Shown one piece after another: positions 1 through 12,500 of a DNA stretch of 64,000 bases. How positions within the stretch are numbered: the stretch's first letter is position 1; every line of letters starts with the position of its first letter. The position numbers and the translations under genes are program-made. This DNA comes from Chrysomallon squamiferum. Taxonomy: Eukaryota > Animalia > Mollusca. A model generated the notes under the pieces. That model saw nothing but the letters and a program-made list of their open reading frames with translations. It did no database searches and was not told the origin of the DNA. The stretch covers positions 17,608,001 through 17,672,000 of the forward strand of contig CM022669.1 in the NCBI GenBank assembly GCA_012295275.1, written 5' to 3'.

Positions 1-1037
1 ACAAGCACACACATATGCCCACATGTACGCACATTCACACACATTTATTTCATAAACCAGACTACAATAAAAAATAAAGATAAAAAATTAAATTGATTTT
101 AACATATGTCAAGATAGAAAACTACATATGATATAATTTATGGATTTGTGTGGAAGGTGACATGATGAATGATGAATAACATATATTTACATAAAGAAAA
201 CCATCGTGATATTTTAAATGACACTAAGAATTTTATTTAATAATAATAAAGGAAGAATTTAAAAACCTGATGTTCTGTGGTCTAAAAGGCATCACAAAGT
301 AGGAATTATAATTCCAAATATAATTTATTACCCGTTTAGTTTAATTAATCAGTTAACAATAACACTGGAGTAATAATATGTACAGTATATTTAATATAAT
401 AAATAGTTTAAAGATTTATCAATAAGCTGATTGTTTGATGAACAACCTGACAATTGTACTATTTACCATATTTTCGAGTGCAGGCAATTTCAGGTAGTTG
501 TCTCAAATTACCTTCTTACAATTATCTCTCATATTCTGACCCCCTTTCTGTATACACCAGTGATTCGAAACACAAACAAACCTATATAATTTATTATGTA
601 TGTATATATGTAGATAAACATTTAATTGTATTTAAAATAATGTGATGTAAATATCTTATCCTTACCAGATGTTTAATTCTTTTTTTCATTATACTGATTC
701 TTTTGTATCATTTTCTAACCAAAAATATATTTCAATAATTACATAAATAAAAGGAAGATATTTTTTGTACAGCATTGTTTCATCAAGCATTTCCACAATT
801 GATTAAATACAAAAATGAACATTTTTGTTAGTTTATAAATATATTAAAGTATTTTACTACAAATGTATTACTTTGTTTGTTTTTTGTGTTCAAAGAAGTT
901 ATAACATTGTTATAACATATTTATATTAGTTTTTACTTGTTTACACTGACACATTTAATGAAAAAAAAAAAAAAAAAATTAAGCAGAGCTTCTTCTGTTG
1001 CATAAAAACAAGTACAAAACATGATGTTTTTAGATTA

Positions 1038-1110
1038 TTTATTCACAGTTAATATTTCATGGATATCACAGAAAATGCATTGCTATTAAGCATTAAATAT
1101 AAACTTTATT
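1038..1110 (-). terminator. Candidate UBA6 polyadenylation signals (AATAAA at 1105-1110 and 1038-1043)
   Basis: AATAAA on the minus strand about 1.1 kb past the stop, followed by U/GU-rich sequence. AATAAA occurs often by chance in this AT-rich DNA. Confidence 0.3.
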
Positions 1111-2166
1111 TGTTTTTTTTTCTAAAAAGAAAAGTTACTATTTGGATTCAGTATATCTTCAACAATGCCTTCATCTGATTACAAAAAATAAAATAATAGA
1201 TTTGAAAAATTAAAAAAAAAAAAGAAGCAGAAAAAAAACTATCTTTCTCTTTTGGTCTCTTGATTACAAACATTAAATTCTAGAGGTTTTTTGTTGTTGT
1301 TTTTTTTTTTTAATAAAAAGAGCCTTCTTTTATCAAAAATGCTTGGATAAATATTCAATAAGGAACTTTATGAGGAAAAGTTAAATCATGAATAATGAAA
1401 TATATTTTGTGCATGAAATTATACATATTATGAAGAAAAGGTTGGTTTTTGAATGATTCCAGTTTTTAACAACAGAATTAATAATCTGTAATACTGCACA
1501 TACTTTAAAAAAAATGATCCATGCATACATTTTACATTTAGCTCTCTGTGTGTGTGTGTGTTTGGTAATAGTTATGTTTGTTTATGCATCTGTGAATATG
1601 AATGCTTATGTTATATTACAAACAACTGAAAAAAAAAAAAAAGACTAGAAAGCAGAGTGTCAGTTTGTTAATTATGTGAAATTAACCAATAAATTAACAG
1701 TGACTTTGCATAATTGTCAGAAAAGACTCTAGAATCTATGTAGAATAGTCTGTAAAAGTCACTCTTCATGAAATATATCTAATAAAGAAATAAATAAATA
1801 AATAAAATAGTAATAATAATAATAATAATAAATATAATAAATATAAAATAAGTAATGACTAAGTTCATTTCAGGCAATGTCTAATAAGTGGGGCACATTA
1901 TCCAAACATTTTTAAAAATATTATTAGTCTTCCTTCTCTATGGATTCACATATCTGTGTTTCAGATATTGTATTACAACAACAACAATCTGACATGCAGT
2001 TACAGATGGTGATTCAGGTATCATAATATGAAAACTGTCACTGATTTGAAAAAACCCAGAAAAAGTCTATGGTCTGACTGGCCAGCCTGAAACGTGATAT
2101 TTCGCATGTGAAGTTATTAATATGTGTAGTCTGCAATGTGGAATATGGTGCTAGCAAAGTGTTTAG

Positions 2167-2287
2167 TTATAAGCCAAAGTAGTATCTAATTGGTGGTCCA
2201 GGGATATCATTGCCATCATCATCTTCAAATGCAACAATCAGATCACAATATTTCTGGTTTGCGTTTGGTTTTAACAGTTTAACCATT
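2167..2287 (-). CDS. UBA6: UBA6 coding exon 34, terminal ([39 protein letters not shown])
   Basis: cag acceptor, TAA stop at 2167-2169; PGPP.RYYF C-terminus. Confidence 0.95.
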
Positions 2288-3218
2288 CTGAAAACAGATA
2301 AAAAAAAAAATATATATATATATATAATAAAAAAAAGTAAAAAATAATATTATGTACTGTATGGGTTTGTATGTATGTATAAAATAAACCATAAATAAAG
2401 AAACATCGAAACAAACAAAAAAAAAAAAAAAAAAACCTACACAAAACAAAAATAAAATTATACTGCCTTAATATAGTTAATAACTTAAAATAAACCACAT
2501 ATAAAGATCAAAACAAAGAGAAAACCATGCAAAACTAAACCAATTAAAAAATTATACTGCATAAATGCAAAAACAATAGCCTTAATAACTTCAGGAGTTT
2601 AGCACATTTCTGTTTAGTTACCAATCTTTGCAGAAGTTAAATTTTTGCTTTATTAATGATCTCATATTGTTAATTTATCTATTTAATCTGTATTTTATTT
2701 TATTCATTTTTTTTAAATTTGTTTATAAAAAAATTAAAAATGAAACACATACGTTTGAGGCAGTCTCTTTTTATGCAGATGTAACGCCATGATGGGCATG
2801 TAGATAATTTTCACACCATAAACAACCGACGTTGCTGTGAAACCATACTTGTCCTGAAAAAAAAAATATATATATATATAAATATAGAAACAAACAAATA
2901 ATAAAATAATAATGATAATAATAATAAAAATTATTTAAACAAAATTAATAATTTAAAAAAAAAAAAAAACCCAGAAGGATATAAAATCAATACTATAGAG
3001 TATATTATATTAATGGTTTATCTCATTAATGAAAATTAATTTTCACTTACTTTGAAGTGAGCCAGGAACTGCTGCAGAGTGAAAGAACTGTCTCCCTTCA
3101 CTTCCCAGTTATCCCACATTGTGAATGACAAACCTTCCCTGAAAACATAAACACACAGAAAATTAGATTTAGATAAAAAAAATATATATTTACAAAAAAT
3201 CCCCAAATCTCCATCTCA

Positions 3219-3253
<35 letters not shown>

Positions 3254-6200
3254 TCTGAAAAAAAAAAAACCCATTAGAAAATATATTTCACACAATTAAA
3301 TAAATAAAAATAAAAAATAAATAAAAATGAATTAGATAAATAAATTAATAAATTAATTTTAATTTTTTTTATATAAAATGATAATACAGTATACTGTCTC
3401 ACAAATTTGAAAGACAAATTAAAGAAATAGATATCAACTTTCCTTGCAAGTACTTTACCAAACAGATCCACCCAATGCCCATATTCTTTTATACACCTAG
3501 TATAAAACACCTTACAACACAACTACCTCACAGAAATAAACACAAAGACACACTGCACACAGGTGCTAACCTGCAGGCAACATCAAAAACATTTTAGTCA
3601 TATCTCAACACACCTGCTTGTCAAGAAAACATTTTACTACTGCCAATATCAGTAACATTTTTAGACCATTCTCTACTCCAAACAGCCCATATTCAGTCAC
3701 TTAATATTTAAATTTTATTTTTTTAATCTTTACATTTATCATTTCAAATGGACCGGTTGAATTTCTCATCTCTATTCAGATTTTATTACAAAAAAAAAAT
3801 AAAAAATCAAGTTATATATGAATCAAGGTAAATTTTACAGGTAATATACACACCTTATAACTGTTTTTTCTGCAGGCCCAGGCTCTGATAACAGAATAAG
3901 AGGCAGTGCCAGGTTGAGGAAACAGTTCTTGTATTTCTCTACAGGCATCTGTTCGATCACTTTGAAAATCTCTAAGGCTACGAGTCCTGATACTGCAGCT
4001 GTTGTCGTGGCGATGGCAGGTACTATGTGACCAGCGATGCGCTTGATTTTCAGTCTGTCTGAGTTCTCGATGCCGTACATGCGAGCTCTCAAGTTCTGTG
4101 AAACAAGAAAATGAACGAGAATAATTTAAACGATTACATAAAGTATAAATAAATAAATGAATAAATAATTAAATAAAAAACAAAAAACAACAAAAAGCAG
4201 TAATAAATAAATAAATAAATAAATAATAATTAAATAAAAAATAAATAAATAAATAATAATTAAAAATAAAATAAAAAATAAAATAAATAAATTTAAATAT
4301 AAAATGATAGTATATTTTGTTCAGAAATTTGAAAGACAAATTCTTTCTAATACCTTAGATACTGCTAGGATTTATTTATTATTATTATATTGAAAATTAA
4401 TCATTTTTAAAAATAAATGTCATAGAGCTAAAATACATCCTAGATTAAAACCTCTGATGCAGAATTACGTCTATTCATCTTTACAGTAAATACTAAAATT
4501 CTATTTTAAACCAAGATTTGTAGTTGCTATAAGAAAAAAAAATTTGGGGTGAATGACAAGACAAAAGCATAGCATACAACTCTTTATTTAACAATAAATT
4601 TAGTGTATACTGATTTATATAAAGCTTAAAATCTGTCACAATCTAATCATTATGTCTTCTTGTATAAAACTGAAATTGTTATCATGTTCCCATATTAAAA
4701 GAATCGACCTTAAAGGACTGGATTTAAAATTAAAATAATAAAATACTGCTTCATTTAAAAAAAAATTAAATAACTCGATGATGTATCTAATAAAAAGTGT
4801 AGTTAATACTCACTGAAGATGCGGCTATGAAATCTATGTGGCTGTTTGAGTCGTCATCTTTCTCAAACTCAACTGGTACCATTCGACTGAACACTGAAAA
4901 GTTTAAATTTCTGTCATTTAAAAATCATCCACTACTTCAATTTTACCCTTGAAAACCAATAATTAATTATTTTAATATTTAAATTAAGATTTGAAATATA
5001 TTTTTCTTTTACTAAGTAAGTATTTGTATACTTATTGTTATTTTTAATAACATAATTTTTTTTTTTTTCAGTCTGATTTCTGATCCTAAAATCTAAAAAT
5101 TAAACTCTTAAAAAAACAATTCTAAATTTGTTTATTTTATGTGGGGGTTTTTTAAAATCAGAACTGAAAAAGAAACACAAACTGCTGAACAATAAATACA
5201 GAATTAAAATCTAAGAAATATAAACTACCCAACATTTTATCCATTTGAATATTTCTGTATAGATATTATTATGGTTAAGAATTTAAAAACTTTCACTGAC
5301 CTTGACCTGAAGCTGGTGTCTCTGAGATGGCCTTCAACTTCTGACCTGACTGTTCAAGTTCGTCTCCACTGATCACCATTGGTTCTACAGCTTCTTCTCT
5401 TGCAGCACTCTCGTCTGTTTCTATTTTCTGTACAACAAACATCAATATACTCAGTGTATGATAACAAATATCAATATACTCAGTGTATGATAAAATATTC
5501 CATATGTGTATAGGTAATATCCCATAACATAACAATAAAATAATATTAATTACACAAATATCAGTAAATGAATTTCTAATGTTGATTTATAAGAAACTTA
5601 TCTTTAAAACAAATATGCATACACATGCATGTTCTTACACAAAATGACTCCTCAGTGCTGCACATGCACACATCTGCAGACATTAATGAACACACATCAC
5701 ACATAATACACTCACAAAATCAGTTATTACCCAGTAATGAAAACAAATATATAAACACTTATCAATGCTGCACCATTATAAAAACTAACTGCACCTAAAT
5801 TTCATAAGAAATCAGCATGGCTTAATAACAACATCTAATTATCTCAGTTACTACCTTGCTTGATGGTCGGAACGCTGGTACTGATACTTTTTTTAAAACA
5901 GCTTTCAAGTTTTCTGGTAAGAGATACTGAAATTGTAAAAACAACTGGGATATTAAGGCAAGGAAAACATTACTATATATTATACATATTTTTATTATAA
6001 AAATATTTGACATATTTATATTTTTTTCAAATGTGAACTTGTAAGACGTGGACAAAACTTTTGAGATATTATTTCTATGTTATGTATTTTTATTATCGTG
6101 CATTTTATTTTTTTATATTAATGTTCTTCAGTTTGACAAGGTCTTTGATATCAAATCTGTAATTGATAATTAATTTGATAATGGAAAAGGGGAAGCAGTT

Positions 6201-6935
6201 TATGTAAATATATTTGCATCACTGAATCAAAGTTTCAGAATACTTGTTAAACCATAATATAACCAGTAACTTCATGTTAAAAAAAAAAGAAAATAATCAT
6301 ATAATAAATATGACATCCAGATTTAAATTTCTAATACATACCTCAGGTTTCCAGTGGATACCACTAATGTCTGCATAAAGTCGAGCAGTATTGCTTATAA
6401 AAGACATATCTCTGGAGAAAAAATTATATAATAATAATAATTACTAAATCATACAAGTTCTAAAAGTAATTATCAGCTCAGTATAAATGAGTTTATATAT
6501 CTTATATAATATTTAAAGAAGGTAGTGGAGGTGGGATGGATATCATCTTTAAACTGAGTGTTATAAACATTTAAATAGATTTTAGCAGCAATGGATCTGT
6601 TATGTCAACCTTCCCATAGAGGAAAAGCACATAATACAACTTTGAAAAAAAAAGTTATGGGGCACTATCTGGAACTGAAAACTACACAAAAAGGAATGTT
6701 ATAGATCCAAGGTTTCGATATAGAGTAGAACTGAATTCAGGTATATTGTGTATTTCCACGTCATCTGGACACATGACAATACATACCATAATGTTAAATA
6801 AATAAATCACTTACAATGGATCATCAGCACTAAACTCTAGAGGAGTAGGAGGGCGTTTAGGAGACTGCCAGAAAAGCCCTAAGGAAGAAAGCAAAGCAGG
6901 CTAAATAGTGAAAGCAGTCCTGAAATTTATTTATT

Positions 6936-6966
<31 letters not shown>

Positions 6967-9533
6967 CTGAACAAACAAAATAAGTGAAAAATGTATTACT
7001 AAAATGAGTTAAACCACTTACTATATAAACATTTCAGAATAAATAGTCAACTAACTAATAAACAAAAAGGATATTCTGCATTACAAAATTAACAATTTCC
7101 TATACAATACATCTTATTCATTTCAAGTACAGATTAATCTTTAATAATAAAAAAAACAAAAAAAACTGTTTATTTGCTTTGGTTCATCAGATGTGAAACA
7201 AAGAAACAATCTTTAGCAAGTTATTTGTTTTCATTTTTGTTCAAATGACGTATTTTAATGTTTTGTTCTATATAAATATTTTTCTCTGTTAAAACAACAA
7301 AGCAAACTCACTTCCACCTTCAACAGTTGCATCTAGTGGGAAACAATGTAGGAGCTGTTTAGCCTGAAAATAAAATTAAATAACTGAAAAATAACAAATT
7401 TTCTATCTAGCTATCTATGCAAAAAAGAGAACAAGAGAGAAAGAAAAAAATGAAAGAAAGTGAGGGAGAGAGGATAGAGGATAGAGGGAGAGAAGGAGAG
7501 AGTGGATCATGGGGAAGGGACAAGGAAGAAGTTATGTATAACTGACTAATTAATAAAAGCAATTATTCTTCACTGAAGAAGAAAAAATGTATAGCATTTG
7601 TTTTTGAGCCTGAAGTCGTAATCAAAAAAATAATAAACAAATAAAGTTGAAAAAAAAAAAAAAAACAAAATTTTACCTTGTGATTAAAATATTTCTCAAA
7701 CTTTATTCTTGCTTGCGTAACACAGCCCATCCAATCAACCGGGCGGGACTCAGCCAGTCGGCACACCTTCACCGCACCCTCGAGGTGACCCCCTTTTAAC
7801 AATGTCTAGAAGCAGATACAGAAGAAAAACAAATAAACAAACTCCATGACATCTCTCTGTATGAGTCTTACAGCAGATACTTTACATTTCAAGGTAGATA
7901 GTATGATAACCAATGTAATCAAGAGAATTGTAATATAAAGTTTCACACATGTAAACATACAAGAAACATTTCATAGGTTTACTGTTAGGTTATTCCACAG
8001 AAAAATAGAAAATGTTTAAAGTTAACTAAAAAAAAAATTAAATTATAATTTATTACACTCACCTCTATGACAGCTTGTATATTTGAATTTGTGGACCAAA
8101 ATTTGTTGTACAGATTTGGTTTTTGTACAAACATTTGTTCAAACTGCAAAACAAATTTTAATTTTAAAACAATTAAATGGATTAAAAAAAAATTCAAATC
8201 CATGATTTTTTGTAATTTGATAAACTTGAGATATAAAATAAATAAATAAATAAATAAAAGGTAAATTAAAGAATGATATAACAGACAAATTATAAAATAT
8301 TTAATAAATAAATAAATATATTAAAAATGCCTATTTATTTAGTGCCTGTACAAACCTTGTCTCTTGCCCACTGAATACAGTGTTCTATTGTGGCAGGAAA
8401 AGATTTAACTGTGCAGTATGGAAATTCTTCATCTACCGGATCTCTCTGCAGAAATAAACAAATACCAAAATATTAGAGTAAAATTTATTTTACAATGTAC
8501 TCCAGGATCTGAGAATAGTGATACTAATAATGAAGATAATCAATCAGTAACAGTTATAATAACATTAATAATTACTTAAAACAATTACTAATGAACATTT
8601 TTTGTAATAAACTAATTCAAAAATTATCCTAACTAAAATCTGATACTTACCTTGTTTTTTTTTTAAAGTTATTAGATTCTCTAAAACAATATTTTAAGTC
8701 ACTTAAATATTCAAAGTTCTTGGAAAGTAAAATATATAGAAATATTTTAAACAAAAACACATATTCCAAAGGAGTGGGCATGTGTGTTTGTGTGTATGTT
8801 TTGGGGTATGTTTCTGTGTATGTGTGTCTATGTGGCCCATGTGATTCATACCTGGCTGTTGTAAGATTCTGTTAAAAATGGTACAATGACCTGCACGTGA
8901 CCTTTTGTTCCCATGGTACCTGACTCTAGTAGAGCTCTTTTTGTTGTGACACATCGACTGAAAAACAGACACACCAAAATAAATTAATACAGCAACAATT
9001 GTAACTATTCCTAAAACTGGATATAAACTGTACCTTCAAAAGCATAAAGTTACAAGAAATGCATTTTCAGTTACAAAGTGTTCTCAAGGAAATAATAAAG
9101 CTAATACAAGACCTGCATTTTCAGTTACAAAGTGCTGTCTAGGAAATAAAAAAACCTAATAGAGGTTGTAGTTTCATTTACAAAGTGTTGTCATGAAACT
9201 GAAAGCTAACGGGTGTTCATTACTTACCTGTCTACATATCTACGAGCTTCTAGGTTATCTAGAGCATTGACAACGATGTCTTGACTCTCAAAGAATGCAT
9301 CATTGTAGTGTGAGTCTTCTGTCTGTGGGGCAACTGTGAAAATATCATTTATATATATATATATATATATATTTATTTATTTTTTTTAAATAATAATAAA
9401 GTATGGCAGTAAGGTAAAAGGATAAGGATAATGCCTGGTAGTGCCATTTAAAATAAATAAATAAATAGTGAAGACAAAAATATGTATGCATAATAAATAA
9501 AATAAAGACAAAAAGTAAAGACAAAAAGTAAAA

Positions 9534-9570
<37 letters not shown>

Positions 9571-12500
9571 AAAAAAAAAAAAAAAAAAAAAAATAAAAAA
9601 AAAAAAAAAATAATAATAATAAAAATAAAAATATAAAACAGGAAAATTCATGTCAAATGGATTTCAAAAATGTTTTGGTTCATGTTTTGTCTAATTAAAA
9701 TTATATCAACTCCTGCCTTAAGAATACTGACCACTTTATATTGGCTTATATTTATTATGCATGACTGTGAACTGAAAGCTAACAGTACAGTAAATAAACA
9801 AAAAAGATCTTTATTTTGATTTTAAATCAATTTAAATCATTTTGTAGCTAGTTACAAATAAGACAGTAAAACCATTAGGTGTAATTAACTTTTTTTTTTA
9901 AAAACAACATGATCATTCTTACCTTTCTGCTGATGAGCTTCTATTTTCAAAGCTATAATAATAATAATAAAATAGAAATAATAGTAATAGTAATAATAAT
10001 AGTAATACTACTACTAATAATAATACCAACATTGTTATAATAATAATAACAATAATATTTACAGTACATCAAACATATGATATTCTTCATCTATAACATA
10101 AAAAAAATATATATATATACTAGTATTATATAAAAATAATAACAATAACAATGTTCTCTATGTGTTTGAGATACTTCTGAAAATAAGAGTTTTATTAGTT
10201 TTAAAAAACTGTAAAATTTTAATTTCAAGATTATCTCCAATAAAATTAAAAATGAAAATAGTTGTTTACCTGAATTTATCTCTCTCACTGACTGAGCAGC
10301 TGTGGTAGATTTTGGTTTCTTAAAAAAATTAAAATTAAAAAATTAAAAATTAAAAAAAAAAAAAAAAAAAAAAAAATATTAAAGAATTTTATTTTTTTTA
10401 AAGTCAAATTAAGTTAGAAATTTTAACAAAATTTTGCAATACATAGCCTTTCAAGAGCCAAAATAAATGGTTTTATGTAATTAAATTGATAAACCATATC
10501 ATATAATGTTATAATAATCGGTAAAACGGTATCAAAACTGAAAAATCTATATTTACCCTGATATGATGTGGACGAAACAGAAACTGTCTGTTTAGGTTTG
10601 ATTTCTCAATTATATCATTGTCTGTGATGGTAATCTGTAAGAAAATATTTTTATATACTTCAATTTGTTTCTCTCACTCTCTCACTAAAACACACACACA
10701 CACACACGCATGCAGACACACACACTCACTAATAGGTAAACTTACTTTAAATGAAGTAAATTCCTTCCCAAATTAATATTTAAATTTCTATATACACCAT
10801 TACTTATTAAAATAATTCCTTCTTTCTTATCAGAATTTTACAATTATATATATGTCTTTAAAGATAAAAACAGAGAGCAACCTTGCCATTACTGCCTGTT
10901 GCAATGCCTAGAAGTGCATAGTTCTTCAGCATTTCACAACCAATAGCTCCACAGCCAATCTAGAAATAAAATTAACACTGTTATTATCATTCTTATTATA
11001 ACACAAAAACAGTATACATAGAAACAAAATAACACTGTTATTATCATTCTTATTATAACACAAAAAACAGTATACATAGAAACAAAATAAGTTATTAAAC
11101 AAAAAACAGTATACAGTAAATACAAAAAAACAAAATTCTTATTATAACACAAAAACCAGTATACATAGAAACAAAATAACACTGTTATTATCATTCTTAT
11201 TGTAACACAAAAAACAGTATACATACAAACAAAATTAACACTCTGTTATTATCACTCTTATTATAACACAAAAACCAGTATACATAGGAACAAAATTAAC
11301 TGTTATTATCACTTTTATTATAACACAAAAACCAGTATACATAGAAACAAAATTAACACTGAAACATTCTGAAAAAAAAAAATTAGAAATTACAACCATC
11401 TCCATTGCTACAGAGTATTACACATTTTATAAACCTTCAGTAATAATATTTTATGCTGAAACATTGAAAAACAAAATGATCACTTTGCACAATACAACTC
11501 TGAAATACAATAATTTCATTTTAAGTGATTGTCCAAATGGTTTGCATGAGTTTAAATAATCTTGTTTTTGTACTTTCTAAATAATAAAATATGGAAGAAT
11601 CTTAAATATGACATGATACATACTCCTTATGGGAAAATTTCATATATCAAAATTATAAAATATTTAATGAAAATTAATAAAAATAATAACTAAATAACAT
11701 TTTTACCATAAATAAATGAATGTCAGCGAGTTTCCTACGCCTTTCTTCACCAATGCACATCCTTAGACTGTCATATCGGTCTCCTCTGCAGAGTAAAATA
11801 TCATTACATAATCGTGGATCACACTTTTCTATAAAATTATCTTAAATTTGGAAAAATATATCTTTATTTCTGACAAACATTCTTCTTATGAATGAAAAAA
11901 ATAGAAAATCTGTTAAAGAATATCAGAAGAAAATGTAAGCAGTTTTCTGATAAGTTGAGAATATCTTTTAGTACATGTATTCTTTTTTATGATTGGTTAA
12001 TATCAGTAATGCATGTGACTTCTGATTGGTTGCCATTAGCATGGTATATTTTATCTGATTGGCTGACTTACAGAGGCTGGAACTGTTGATTTCCTGCTCC
12101 ATCCACTACAGGCAATAATTCTGTTGCATCAAGATACAGCTGGGAAAGAAATAAAATAATAATAAAATAAATAACAGAATAAGTTGTTTTTTTCTTCTTT
12201 CTTTAGGCTATTAATATTATTATTATTATTATTACTGTTAGATTCATTTATGCAAGAATTCCAGAATTAATTAAGTCTTTTAATAGTTCACATAAAACAT
12301 TTTTATCATTACATTTCAAATATTAATTTAATTTTGTTAATTTTTTATTTTTTATGACATTTGATATATAGCTGTGTTAAATTTGAGATATTTAATACAC
12401 ACTGCTAAATACATAATTATATCTATCACAAATAAATATTCAGTTCTCTTTAATAATTTTTTTTTCAATTTATCTTGCTTATAACTAAAAATACTGTATA

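Noticed and set aside
3274-3522. Alternative UBA6 exon in intron 31 ([13 protein letters not shown]...)
   Set aside because: No E1 similarity, exons 31 and 32 already join without a gap, and no convincing splice-site pair.
10961-11361. CRISPR-like array (also considered for 43082-44165 and 11988-12066)
   Set aside because: Whole units are repeated with no unique spacers between identical repeats, there are no cas genes, and the context is a eukaryotic intron.
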